Of a stretch of 55,844 nt of DNA, positions 15,914 to 25,790 are shown piece after piece. This DNA is from Phycisphaerales bacterium. GTDB taxonomy: Bacteria; Planctomycetota; Phycisphaerae; Phycisphaerales; UBA1924. The stretch's first letter is position 1. Each line of letters begins with the position of its first letter. The notes under the pieces were generated by a model. It was given only the letters and a program-made list of their open reading frames with translations. It was not told the origin of the DNA and made no database searches. The stretch is from positions 1 through 55,844 of the forward strand of contig JAGQOC010000076.1 of the NCBI GenBank assembly GCA_020427745.1. Reading direction: 5' to 3'. The translations under genes and the position numbers were made by a program.

Positions 15914-16714
15914 ATGAACCGAACCGCACACACCGCATTCTTCGCGATCAGCTGCTTCGCCTCGGTCGCGCACGCCCAACTCTTGAATGAGCCGCCACAG
16001 ATCGATGAAACGGTAGAGCACGGCACTCCTGAATATCGATCGACCTTCCCGAGCTACGACGCCTCGCTCGGCACCCTACCGGCGCAGCAGGGCTGGACCG
16101 AGTCCAACTTCAATGGGGACGATCAGATCATCGGCCAGCTGTTCCATCTCAACGCGAGCGGATCATCCGCGGCGGCACAGGTAAACTCCGTCGGATTTGA
16201 CTGGAGCCTCGGCTTCCGATACTCGATGACCACCCGCGTGCCGGTCGGGACCGTGGCGGTCACCTTCCTCGGCCCAGGATACCGAGGCGGAGCCGATCTC
16301 GCGGCGCGAGACGCGGTCGGAAGACAATACGGCGTGCTCGTGGGGGCGAGCAGCCTCGTGTTCAGCTCTCAGAGCAACTTCAGCCCGGACCCGCTGCTCA
16401 CGGTGTCGATGCCGTTCGATGGCGCGTCCGAGTTCCACACCTACACCATTGTATCCGACACCGACGGTGCGACCCTCGAGATCGACGGTATCCCACGCCT
16501 CCATGTCCCCGAGGGGGATCTCCAGGCACCCGGATCACCGTACATCCAGTGGTCGATCGATGGACGAGCGAACGCGGTTGAGTCCGAGTGGGCGAGTGTC
16601 GTGTTCGGGACTGCCGCGGGCATGCCTTGCACCGCGGACCTGAACAACGACGGCGTGCTGGACATCTTCGATGTGTTCGAGTACCTCGCGGATTTCAATG
16701 CCGGGTGCCCGTGA
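15914..16714 (+). CDS. Secreted protein with a C-terminal GC-type dockerin-like motif
   Basis: AAGGAG Shine-Dalgarno. Signal peptide MNRTAHTAFFAISCFASVAHA. C-terminus CTADLNNDGVLDIFDVFEYLADFNAGCP. Confidence 0.7.
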   Translation: MNRTAHTAFFAISCFASVAHAQLLNEPPQIDETVEHGTPEYRSTFPSYDASLGTLPAQQGWTESNFNGDDQIIGQLFHLNASGSSAAAQVNSVGFDWSLGFRYSMTTRVPVGTVAVTFLGPGYRGGADLAARDAVGRQYGVLVGASSLVFSSQSNFSPDPLLTVSMPFDGASEFHTYTIVSDTDGATLEIDGIPRLHVPEGDLQAPGSPYIQWSIDGRANAVESEWASVVFGTAAGMPCTADLNNDGVLDIFDVFEYLADFNAGCP

Positions 16715-16917
16715 GGACCACACTCAGCGGCATAGACCGCCGTGGCATCTCGATGTATGTCGGCTGGCGGAGCAGGTGCTCGATCCGTCATCCTTGAGCG
16801 CGATACATACTCGTTGCCGACCCAAAGTCATGACAGCGGCGCATGCGTACAGATCGTGCACAAGGGTACGGCACAGCGCTTCCCCAATCGAACCGGCGAC
16901 CTAGGCGCGGTTACCGA

Positions 16918-16946
16918 ATAAAAACACCCAGCCGTTGGGCTGGGTG
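16918..16946 (-). terminator. Intrinsic terminator for the minus-strand gene 16970..17530
   Basis: Perfect 9-bp stem CACCCAGCC / GGCTGGGTG with loop GTTG. An A-run on the plus strand gives a U-tract on the minus strand. Confidence 0.7.
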
Positions 16947-16969
16947 TGGTCGTGGAGCCATGGGAATAA

Positions 16970-17530
16970 CTAGTTGCTTGCGAGATCATCTTCGAGCTGA
17001 TCCAGGCAACCCTGCACGCAAGCCTCGAAGTCAGCGTGCGCTGCCAGAATCGCGGTAATCACCGCCGAGTTGGCCGCCTGCAACGCTGATTCCAGAGTAT
17101 TGGTCGCCGCATCGTTGCGGTTTCGCTGGTTGATCACCGCGGTTCGGAGACAAAAAATATTAATCTCGCCGTTGGAAGTATTGTCTCGGCACTGCTGCTG
17201 ATCCGCGGCGTACTGGGCTTGTGACGCGGCGATCGCGGCATCATACGCGTCGTGCGCGGCCTGCCTCGCGGCATCACGGGCCGCATACGCTGCATCGATT
17301 GCCGCATCTCTTGTTGCCTCGCACCCCGCAACACAGTTCAGAAAGGCGTTGATCGGATCTTGACCGCCGGTGCCGATGGGCGGGATCATCGACCGTTCGC
17401 CATGCTCAACCACCACGGCTGTTTCCTGTGCCGGAGAAGACGCGTCTACCGGTCCGGACAACCCCAGGATGAGTGCCGCGATACCAACCCCCGAGATGAT
17501 CGCCAATCTCGACTTCAGATATTTCTGCAT
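16970..17530 (-). CDS. Secreted Ala-rich helical protein with paired CxxxC motifs (186 aa)
   Basis: ATG 17530 preceded by AAGGAG. Signal/TM segment LAIISGVGIAALILGLSGPVDA. CVAGC near the N-terminus of the mature part, CVQGC near the C-terminus, and two further Cys. Confidence 0.6.
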   Translation of the reverse strand: MQKYLKSRLAIISGVGIAALILGLSGPVDASSPAQETAVVVEHGERSMIPPIGTGGQDPINAFLNCVAGCEATRDAAIDAAYAARDAARQAAHDAYDAAIAASQAQYAADQQQCRDNTSNGEINIFCLRTAVINQRNRNDAATNTLESALQAANSAVITAILAAHADFEACVQGCLDQLEDDLASN

Positions 17531-17929
17531 GAAGTTCTCCTTTGCTGCTTTGTCTGCTTCGTTAGAAACCACGCTTTGTAGTATCGACACAGCGTTACGA
17601 ATCTCTGCAAATCCCGCCGAGAGGGGAACAGAACGCATCGGGCGCTGATTTCGAGCCTGGCCATGGGCGTACACCGGAGACAGCTCGTGCATGTGGAAGG
17701 TGATTACATCATGAAGATAACGCAACACAAGACCCACGAGCAGAGCTCGGGGCGGACCTACTGCTCGACGGAGGCGAAATAGCTGTCCCTTTCGAGGAAG
17801 AGTACCACACCGTATAAATACCGTATTCTCTGCGGTGTTCCAGTAAGATCCGGCACAACCAGCGTGATTTCAATGGCGTGACGCCGAATTTGATTGACAG
17901 TATTGCCGTATTTCCGATATACTGTAAGT

Positions 17930-18163
17930 ATGTTGAGCCGAATCACCATCAACGACCGAGGCGCGATCACCATCCCCGCGAGGATGCGTGCTCTCTTCGG
18001 CATCAAGGCTCAGGACGAGCTCATCATCGAGAACACCGATGAGGGGCTGCTGCTGCGCCCGGCGTTCAGCGTCCCCATCGAGATGTACTCCGAGGAGCGC
18101 ATCGAAGAGTTCGCGAGCGGCGAGGATGCCATCGGCGAGATCCTCCCGCCCACAAAGAACTGA
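17930..18163 (+). CDS. vapB: AbrB/SpoVT-type antitoxin (VapB-like)
   Basis: MLSRITINDRGAITIPARMRALFGIKAQDELIIE is a typical SpoVT/AbrB swapped-hairpin motif. It lies directly upstream of a PIN gene. Confidence 0.75.
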   Translation: MLSRITINDRGAITIPARMRALFGIKAQDELIIENTDEGLLLRPAFSVPIEMYSEERIEEFASGEDAIGEILPPTKN

Positions 18164-18178
18164 TCGGGGGCGGCGAGC

Positions 18179-18589
18179 ATGGTCCGTGTCTTCCTCGACG
18201 CCAATGTGCTGTTCTCCGCGAGCAACCCGGGCAGCAACATCGAGCGCCTGATCCAGCTGCTCACCGAGCACGGGCAGGCGGTCAGCAGCGACTTCGCGAT
18301 CGAGGAGGCCCGCCGGAACATCACCGTCAAACGCCCCGACTGGATCGACGGCTTCAACACTCTGGTTCAGAGGATCGAGACCGCGCCATCCACACGCTTT
18401 AAGCTCCCCGTCGAACTGACCGAGAAGGACCAGCCCATCCTCTGCACCGCGATCCGCGCCGAGTGTGTGTATCTCGTGACCGGCGACAAGCGGGACTTTG
18501 GGCACCTCTACAACACATCCGTGGGATCAGTTCGCATTGTGGATCTCGTAGGGCTTGCGCGGGTGGTGGTTGAGATTATAGATCGTTAG
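18179..18589 (+). CDS. vapC: PIN-domain toxin (VapC-like)
   Basis: N-terminal VFLDANVLFSA (first acidic residue) and a later LVTGDKRDF motif. Size and pairing with the AbrB-type gene fit a type II TA module. Confidence 0.75.
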   Translation: MVRVFLDANVLFSASNPGSNIERLIQLLTEHGQAVSSDFAIEEARRNITVKRPDWIDGFNTLVQRIETAPSTRFKLPVELTEKDQPILCTAIRAECVYLVTGDKRDFGHLYNTSVGSVRIVDLVGLARVVVEIIDR

Positions 18590-18929
18590 CTCGTTCCGCA
18601 GCAGACTGTTCGATAGCTTGCTGACCAAGCTCGATTGCCCGGACACTGACATAGGTCATACCAATCAGAGCGACAATCAGAATCACAGCAATCGCGGCAC
18701 CCGACACCGTGGCCCGCCCCTTCGGCAGATTGATATTTACATGCGCCGAATTGGGGGTGTGCTTATCTACGGTGAGCCCCATTCTGCGGACGATCGAATG
18801 ATTGAAACCACGCACGGATCTTATAGAGTTTCCTCGACAATACAGCGGGTTCTTGTATCCGAGCAGGGCGTCGATGTCTTGGATCGGTTTAGTTCGCCTC
18901 TTCAACTGAGTATGCTTGCTACTAGTCAC
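18576..18929 (-). CDS. Small protein with a C-terminal TM helix, downstream of the RHS immunity candidate
   Basis: GTG start overlaps the stop of the upstream gene (GTGACTAG). Hydrophobic segment AAIAVILIVALIGMTYV. Low GC, like the toxin tip. Confidence 0.35.
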   Translation of the reverse strand: MTSSKHTQLKRRTKPIQDIDALLGYKNPLYCRGNSIRSVRGFNHSIVRRMGLTVDKHTPNSAHVNINLPKGRATVSGAAIAVILIVALIGMTYVSVRAIELGQQAIEQSAAERANDL

Positions 18930-19422
18930 ACTCCTCTAAATATTTTTGAACCGCCTGATACTCTTCTGAATCGTGAAAATCCAATGGGACATCTCTTAGC
19001 AGGTATTGAACAAAATCACATACTTCTTTATCTGTTAGGTCAATCACCCTTTCTTCAATGAGATGAAGAAGGCCACGAACCATCATATCTGGATTTTTAC
19101 CAAACAATCTCGCACAGATTCCCACTTCAAGATATGTCAACTCTGTGGGTGGACTACACGCTGTCAATACCGCGACCACCTCATCATCTTTGATTCTAGA
19201 TGCCCGATTGTAAACCGCCACCATGGCGGCGCTTGTGAGCCTTGAATCATTCTTGTCAATCGCCCAAGCTAAGCCTCTCTCTTTATCATATCTCCCGAAC
19301 AATATGTCGCGCTCTTGAGCGCTCATGGGTGGCGGGGAAGCTATTCTTATCATCGACACAGCTACCCATGGAAGAACCAGGACAACTAAAAGCACTAATG
19401 TTATCAAATATTTTTTTCTCAT
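18922..19422 (-). CDS. Candidate immunity protein for the RHS C-terminal toxin (166 aa, N-terminal TM/signal)
   Basis: Lies immediately downstream of the RHS gene (40-nt gap) and shares its low-GC 3' composition. N-terminus MRKKYLITLVLLVVLVLPWVAV. The function is inferred from position only. Confidence 0.55.
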   Translation of the reverse strand: MRKKYLITLVLLVVLVLPWVAVSMIRIASPPPMSAQERDILFGRYDKERGLAWAIDKNDSRLTSAAMVAVYNRASRIKDDEVVAVLTACSPPTELTYLEVGICARLFGKNPDMMVRGLLHLIEERVIDLTDKEVCDFVQYLLRDVPLDFHDSEEYQAVQKYLEECD

Positions 19423-19462
19423 ATATATCTATATGCAATACAACGGTGTCGAGTTATTGTCT

Positions 19463-22400
19463 TTAATCGTTTTGCGATGACTCGGTTCCATACGGATCTG
19501 ATGTGGAAGTCTTTGGGTCATCGTCTTCACAATCTCCAATACACTCTTCAGTATAAATCGATGCGAGATCTTTTAGCGTCTGATATGCTTTAACGCTTGT
19601 TCGCCAAGGAGCCCCTCCACCCCCATTGACCACCCTTTCGAAAGTTCCAATTGGCGAATCAATTTCATGCAGATGATCAAGATAATCCAACAGATACCGA
19701 TCATCAGCTTCCTTGCTTGCCAATTCTGACGCCTCACACGGATCTGCTAAGCAGACAATTGCGATGCCAACGCTCCCATTCTTTTCTGCAAGTAATGGAA
19801 CACCATAACCACCGAATAGAGCGCATTCTTTGATAGCGTCTTGTGTGTTCCATAATGTCACAGTATTTCCCATGAATCGCGCAACACGCCAAATTATCTC
19901 AATAGCCTCCACACCAGCAGCTGTTCGAGCTCCAGGTGTTCCGGGAACAACCGGCATATTCGAGTTGTTGATCGGCAAATTTCTATAAGCCTTCCAAGTC
20001 TGTGGCATAAGCCGTAAATCTTTTAGTCCGGTTCCCATTGCAGGGTGGGGACCTATACCGCCTGCAAGTTTTAGCGGTCCGTCATCTGTGAGAAGTCCAT
20101 ATGGATCTCTATTGGTATACGAATTTGATAATGAGTACTGAGTATAATTCATGCTATCTTCTGAACCAAGAGGGTCACGGCTTAAGAATCGCCCAAGCTC
20201 AGAAAGATAAACACGGAACCGATAATCCATCAGCCCCGTCCCAGGGATTGCCGACCGACCGGTATACAAATGATGGATGTTATAGACGGAGCCCCCCGCA
20301 CGCGGGCTGCCCGAGGCATCGAGAATACGCACCTTGCCGTAATCCCCGTACTCGTAGCGTTCGACAACTATTCCGCTCTCGTTTGTCAGGCTTATTACAG
20401 AACCCAAATCGTCGCGATGTGTCCAAAAATCCTCCGCAGTCGTTAGATCCTCTATTCGATAACTCACTTCATCATCGATCCCGATCCCGAACACATGGGT
20501 AAGCAGAACATCGTTGCTGTTCAGAAGATCGATTTGCTCGATAACTTCCCAGAGTGATTCATAGCCGTAGACGAACTGCCGGCGGCTATCCAACACACTG
20601 TTCCCGGCAAGATCGATTGATTCGACAACGCGACGCGCCATTGGGTCATACGCGTTTTGAACAACTGAAACGACATTAGTACCCGACTCAATCGAGACAC
20701 GCACGAGCTGATTCCTGAAATCATACGAGAAATGGTGATGATCGAGATCATTGTTTGTTGCTGACTCGTAATCAGCAACAAACGCGTAAACATCAAAGAC
20801 ATCAAACTCTCCGTCACCGGTAAAATCGGCAGATGGATCCTGATTGGTATACGCATCTTGGAATGCGTAAACATCAAAGATATCGAGTACATAATCTCCT
20901 GTAAAATCTGCCTCATTATTCTCAGCTTTCAGGATAAGGTTCCCGTTCTCGTCGTAAGCGTACACCCAATCTCCTGCGTCGGAACGCGGCGTGAATGTAT
21001 ATTGGTTGTTCTCGACCTGTGTACCTAACTGGGTGTACGAACCAAGCGGAGCACCGTTTCCCTCGAAGCCGTTCACAGCCGTACGATTGTGGACACCATC
21101 GAGCGTGTAGTCCGTTACCCCGTTGTTCGTCGGCGACGGATAGTCCGTCAAAGGATCGGGGAAATCAACATCCGTTGAGATCAAGCGGTTCGCTGAATCG
21201 TACCCGAGTGAACGCTCACGACGATTCTTCATCCCCGATCCAGTGTCCTCATACGCGGTGCGGTTTTGGTTCTTGTCCCAAGTGAAGCTGATCGCGTCAA
21301 ACTCGACATTCGTATTAGAATTGACAGTCGAGATCGAGGCGACACGCCCGAATCCGAAATCGTTGGGATCACTGCTCGAGCCGGTGTACCCATTATAGGT
21401 GTACACCGTCTGGGTATCGTTGCCATGATTACGCCGTTGCACACGATCGCCGACATAGACAAACTCAGTTATTGGGTCGTTCGCCATCGCAGCATCGTTG
21501 TAGATCCCAACCAAACGGTTGAGATCGTCAAACTTCCGATACACATCGCGCCCGCTCGGATAGGTAATCTGAGTAGTGTTGCCAGCAAGGTCATAGAAAT
21601 AATCAACGATTCGATCAGAAGCAGCCGTGAATGTTGGCGCGTCCGCGTTCTGGATCTCGCGCACAACATTGGATCGGGAGTCGTACTCACGGATAACCTT
21701 CGTGAAATCGTTAGTCGCCGTCCGCACACGCCCGAGACCATCGTAGGTAAAATTCTCCTGCGTGATGTACGGGACTGTATTCGCGTCTGGTAGAACGCTG
21801 TTGTTGATCACCCGCTGGGTAAGTCGATTATTGAGGTCGTAGGAATGCGTGGTCTCTACACCTCGGGCATCGGTGTATAAGGCGAGATTCCCGTTGTGAT
21901 CATACTGGGCAAGGTACTGCTCGCCATCCGGCATCGTAATGGATGTCATCCGGTTCGCGCCGTCGTACCCGTACGCGGTCTCGTTCCCTTTGTCGTCGAT
22001 CTCCTTAACCAGCCGGTTCGAATCATCATACTCTGCTTGGCGAACGATCGTCCCGACCGAAGTCCCCGATCCATCACCGGTGTCTGTCATCGCCCGTGTC
22101 TCTGCGAGCTGACGATTCAATCCATCGTAGGCGTAGGTTGTTGTATTGCCTTTCGGATCCACATACACAACCATATTCGATCGCGAGTCATACGACATCA
22201 TTGTGGCATTCTGCACACCATCCATGACGCGAATCAAACGATCAAATCCATCGAACTCGTTCGTGACAACAAAAACTTCTTCCACCGAACCTTGGTTGGA
22301 AATGACATCGGTCTGTGTTGTAGTGAGTAAATTTGAATCGTCATCGTAGGTGTATTGTGTGAAATTACCATCCCCGTCAAGTACTTCTGCGAGCCTACCA

Positions 22401-25400
22401 GCTGTATCGTAGAAGAAACTCGTAATATTGGATCCAGTTCCAGCGAGACCAGCCTGCTCAACCATCTCATGCAGAGAAGAGTCCTCATTGAACTCGAAAC
22501 TCGTTGCCTGCACAATCGAACTCGATGGCACAAGACCGCAAGTGGCATTGACTCCGCCATACGAGAATCCATACACACTCTTACTTGCCGAGACAAGTCT
22601 GTCGCATTCATCGTACTCAAAAATCCAATTCCTTAATGTAATCTCCGGGTCGCTTGCCGAGGTATCCATTGAAATTGGTCCGCACATGTATATTGCCGTT
22701 GTATTATGATTTTTATCATAAACATACGATATTTCATTTTCCATTGGATCAACGACCGAACGGATGTGATCAAGCCCGTCATAATTAATCTCAAAAATTC
22801 TCTCTTGTGTTAATCCTTCAGGGTCTTGAATTACAGAATGGATCCGCATGTTTTCGTCGTAAACATATTTAGTGATCTTTGGCACTGAAGACCCGACACC
22901 TTTTGTCTCAAGTATCTTCATATCACGAGAGTCATACTCATATTCGATCTCGTTTCCGGTTGGGTTTCCGTTAACCGCTTCTCCACCAAGATGGTTCACC
23001 AAGTTTTGACCGGCGTCGTATATCCACTGCTCGGACACCATCGCCGGATCCGATACCGGCGCAACCGCCCTGCGACCAATCCCGGAATACTCGCTGACCG
23101 CTGCGGTAAAGACATCCGCTTCGCGCGACGCGATTGTCATGAAATCAAGCTTGTCGTACTCGAAGACCGAAGTAATCGACTTATTCGTAGGAACTAGCTG
23201 CTGACTCCCGTCGAGGTTCAGCGTTTCCTTACGAACAAGGTTGCCATTGCCATCGTAGAAGTTGTCCGCCTGCGCAAAGAGCGTGGTTGAACCACTATCC
23301 CAATTTTGGGTCCGGATGAGTTGTGCGTGCTGGTTGTAGACATACTTGTTCACATCGCCGTCAGGCTCAATAACCTCGATCACATTCCCGATGATGTCGT
23401 AGACATACTCGGTTGTCAGATCCTCACCGTTGACATCGACGCGTTTCTTGTGCAGCCGACCGTAGTTCGCCTCGTCGTTCTGGTTGGTGTAGTACTCATA
23501 CTGGTCCACACGGTGATAGACAACCTCATTGCCATTCGAGTCGAGGATAATCTTGCCTGGATGCGTATGCGTCAGCACTTGACCGTGCGAGTTGTAGGTG
23601 TATTCGTCAATCGCAGAAGCCAGGGACTGCGCCTGAGATGGAGTCGTCTGCATACTCGTCCCGATCGGCAGGTCATGGAACACCGTGAGCAGGTTCCCGG
23701 TGCTCGGATCGTATTCCCTGATGGTCACAAACCCCCGGCCGTCCTTGTACGCCGTCTCGAAACCCTGCGAACCGCATCCACAGCCCGTTGATCCGGAAAT
23801 ATCAAAGTCGTATCGCCATTCTTCGGTAATCGATTCTGAGTTATCCGCAGAAGAGACTGTACGGCTCAGCATCGCGCCGTGCCGACGCGGGTCATCCGCA
23901 TCATCATCGAAAACCATCACGCGATAGTCGCCATTCGCCCGAGTCACCTTCTCGATCTTCCAATGACGGTTCGGTTGCCATGCGGTCGTGTATGATGCCC
24001 AGGGCCCGTTCACTCCGCCGCTCCCGCCCGGGGTCGTCGGACCCGAAGGCAGGCTCTGCACTATACCGTTTGTGTCGTAGTACTTCCATGAGATCACATC
24101 GCCGGTCTGCGGATCGCACACTCCCCAGACCTGCAGATCCGCGTCGGCAACAAAGCCCTCGTACTCTCTCTTCTCCAGAAGCTGGCGATCACGCGGCTGA
24201 TCGGGCTGCCCAGGCTGATCCGTATAGCTTGGCTGCCGAGCAGCGTACTTGAACCGAGTAATCGCCCCCCGGCGATCATTGACCCAGACATAATAATCGT
24301 ACAGTTGCCCATTGTTATCCACCGCACCGCTCGTGTCGGTCACCACATAGTTGTAAGCCGCGTCCCCGTATTGCTGTCGGATCACCCGACCGTTGCTCCG
24401 GTTATGGAACGCGTGCGTGGAGTCGTAGGTGTTCTGGATGATGTCCACACCATTCGGATCGGTGATCTTCGTGAGCATCCCGTGCACAAAGTACTGAGCA
24501 CCGCCCTGTCCGTATTCATACTCCCACACGATCCCGTTCGGGAATCGGGCATGGTCGACGACCCCCCCGTTCTCGATGTACTGGATCGGGAACTCCGGCG
24601 AGTATTCGATCGCGGGCTGGGTCGCCTTGACGAGTTCGGCCTGCCTCCCCACGATATTGCCGTCGTAGTCGTACTCCACCACCCGACCAGCGTGGTCCAC
24701 AATCCGCCAGATTAAGTTGGCTGTATACTGGCCGCTGATCTCGTTGAGCGGCGAGGCGGGGTCGTCATGGTAATAAAAGTTGATCACATGCCCCAGGGTG
24801 TCCGTGGCGGTCGCGATCCGCTCGGCTCCGTTTGAAGTCTCGTAGGTGAAGCTAATCTGGTTCCCGTTCCGATCGGTAATAGTCTCCAATCGGCCCCGGT
24901 AAGGGCTGGGGTTGTCGTTGCCATCGAAAAAGGGAAAGAACTTGTACACGGTCTGGTTCGCATCAATGTAGAGAACAGGATGATGCTGGAGAGTGTATTT
25001 GATGACCGCTTGGTACCCATCATGCTTGTAGTACACCGGCGTTCCGAGCTCAAGATTTGTTGGGGTGTAGGGTTCAAAATGATCGCTCCGACCCGTGCCC
25101 GGGAGAAAAATGATCTCCTCTGGCATGGTTTGATCCACATAGAGTTGTCCAGGATCAGGATTCGAAATGGTAATCGGATTTGTATTGCCAATCACAACCC
25201 GCATGTTGTAGTTGAAATCCCAGTTCATCCCGAGTGGGGCTTTGAGAACCACCTCCTCCGCACCAACATCATGCCAGTAGTTGAACGGATGAACACGAGA
25301 ACTGTGGAAGGAATACAGTCCACTCCGAGAGCGGTACATGCGCTTGATCTCAAAGTCGAGCCCACGACCGGGGATGAAGAGGTCCGTCTGGGCGTGCTGA

Positions 25401-25597
25401 AAATCGCCGGTTGCGAGGTAGATCGGATCCGAGTTGTCCTTGCCTTGATCGCCCTCGTTCCCGCCCTGACCCTCCACGGTCCCGCCCGGCTTCGGGCACG
25501 GCCCGCCCGTGAGGTTGATGTATAGCTCGCCGGCCAGGGTGATGCTCCCGAATGCAAGAACAAGTGAGCAAACGGTTCCGAGAGTGCGCAGATTCAT
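19463..25597 (-). CDS. Secreted RHS/YD-repeat polymorphic toxin (2044 aa)
   Basis: Signal peptide MNLRTLGTVCSLVLAFGSITLAG. Dozens of YD-repeat units (xYxYDxxGN/R). RHS core end LGRFLSRDPLG ... NRDPYGLL, followed by a 208-aa unrecognised C-terminal domain. Confidence 0.9.
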   Translation of the reverse strand: MNLRTLGTVCSLVLAFGSITLAGELYINLTGGPCPKPGGTVEGQGGNEGDQGKDNSDPIYLATGDFQHAQTDLFIPGRGLDFEIKRMYRSRSGLYSFHSSRVHPFNYWHDVGAEEVVLKAPLGMNWDFNYNMRVVIGNTNPITISNPDPGQLYVDQTMPEEIIFLPGTGRSDHFEPYTPTNLELGTPVYYKHDGYQAVIKYTLQHHPVLYIDANQTVYKFFPFFDGNDNPSPYRGRLETITDRNGNQISFTYETSNGAERIATATDTLGHVINFYYHDDPASPLNEISGQYTANLIWRIVDHAGRVVEYDYDGNIVGRQAELVKATQPAIEYSPEFPIQYIENGGVVDHARFPNGIVWEYEYGQGGAQYFVHGMLTKITDPNGVDIIQNTYDSTHAFHNRSNGRVIRQQYGDAAYNYVVTDTSGAVDNNGQLYDYYVWVNDRRGAITRFKYAARQPSYTDQPGQPDQPRDRQLLEKREYEGFVADADLQVWGVCDPQTGDVISWKYYDTNGIVQSLPSGPTTPGGSGGVNGPWASYTTAWQPNRHWKIEKVTRANGDYRVMVFDDDADDPRRHGAMLSRTVSSADNSESITEEWRYDFDISGSTGCGCGSQGFETAYKDGRGFVTIREYDPSTGNLLTVFHDLPIGTSMQTTPSQAQSLASAIDEYTYNSHGQVLTHTHPGKIILDSNGNEVVYHRVDQYEYYTNQNDEANYGRLHKKRVDVNGEDLTTEYVYDIIGNVIEVIEPDGDVNKYVYNQHAQLIRTQNWDSGSTTLFAQADNFYDGNGNLVRKETLNLDGSQQLVPTNKSITSVFEYDKLDFMTIASREADVFTAAVSEYSGIGRRAVAPVSDPAMVSEQWIYDAGQNLVNHLGGEAVNGNPTGNEIEYEYDSRDMKILETKGVGSSVPKITKYVYDENMRIHSVIQDPEGLTQERIFEINYDGLDHIRSVVDPMENEISYVYDKNHNTTAIYMCGPISMDTSASDPEITLRNWIFEYDECDRLVSASKSVYGFSYGGVNATCGLVPSSSIVQATSFEFNEDSSLHEMVEQAGLAGTGSNITSFFYDTAGRLAEVLDGDGNFTQYTYDDDSNLLTTTQTDVISNQGSVEEVFVVTNEFDGFDRLIRVMDGVQNATMMSYDSRSNMVVYVDPKGNTTTYAYDGLNRQLAETRAMTDTGDGSGTSVGTIVRQAEYDDSNRLVKEIDDKGNETAYGYDGANRMTSITMPDGEQYLAQYDHNGNLALYTDARGVETTHSYDLNNRLTQRVINNSVLPDANTVPYITQENFTYDGLGRVRTATNDFTKVIREYDSRSNVVREIQNADAPTFTAASDRIVDYFYDLAGNTTQITYPSGRDVYRKFDDLNRLVGIYNDAAMANDPITEFVYVGDRVQRRNHGNDTQTVYTYNGYTGSSSDPNDFGFGRVASISTVNSNTNVEFDAISFTWDKNQNRTAYEDTGSGMKNRRERSLGYDSANRLISTDVDFPDPLTDYPSPTNNGVTDYTLDGVHNRTAVNGFEGNGAPLGSYTQLGTQVENNQYTFTPRSDAGDWVYAYDENGNLILKAENNEADFTGDYVLDIFDVYAFQDAYTNQDPSADFTGDGEFDVFDVYAFVADYESATNNDLDHHHFSYDFRNQLVRVSIESGTNVVSVVQNAYDPMARRVVESIDLAGNSVLDSRRQFVYGYESLWEVIEQIDLLNSNDVLLTHVFGIGIDDEVSYRIEDLTTAEDFWTHRDDLGSVISLTNESGIVVERYEYGDYGKVRILDASGSPRAGGSVYNIHHLYTGRSAIPGTGLMDYRFRVYLSELGRFLSRDPLGSEDSMNYTQYSLSNSYTNRDPYGLLTDDGPLKLAGGIGPHPAMGTGLKDLRLMPQTWKAYRNLPINNSNMPVVPGTPGARTAAGVEAIEIIWRVARFMGNTVTLWNTQDAIKECALFGGYGVPLLAEKNGSVGIAIVCLADPCEASELASKEADDRYLLDYLDHLHEIDSPIGTFERVVNGGGGAPWRTSVKAYQTLKDLASIYTEECIGDCEDDDPKTSTSDPYGTESSQND

Positions 25598-25790
25598 GTG
25601 CAGTTCCTCAAATCAGTGGCGATCGCGACAGGCAGGCAGCCCGCAGAACGGATACGGCCCAGTTCACGGACCGGTTCGTTGTACGGTTTCCATTCTAATG
25701 GGTGTACCTCGCTCTCGCGGGTCTCCACCCGCCGATTTATCGCATATTCATCATTCCGAGAATGTACGATCTTTGATACACAAATTTGTG

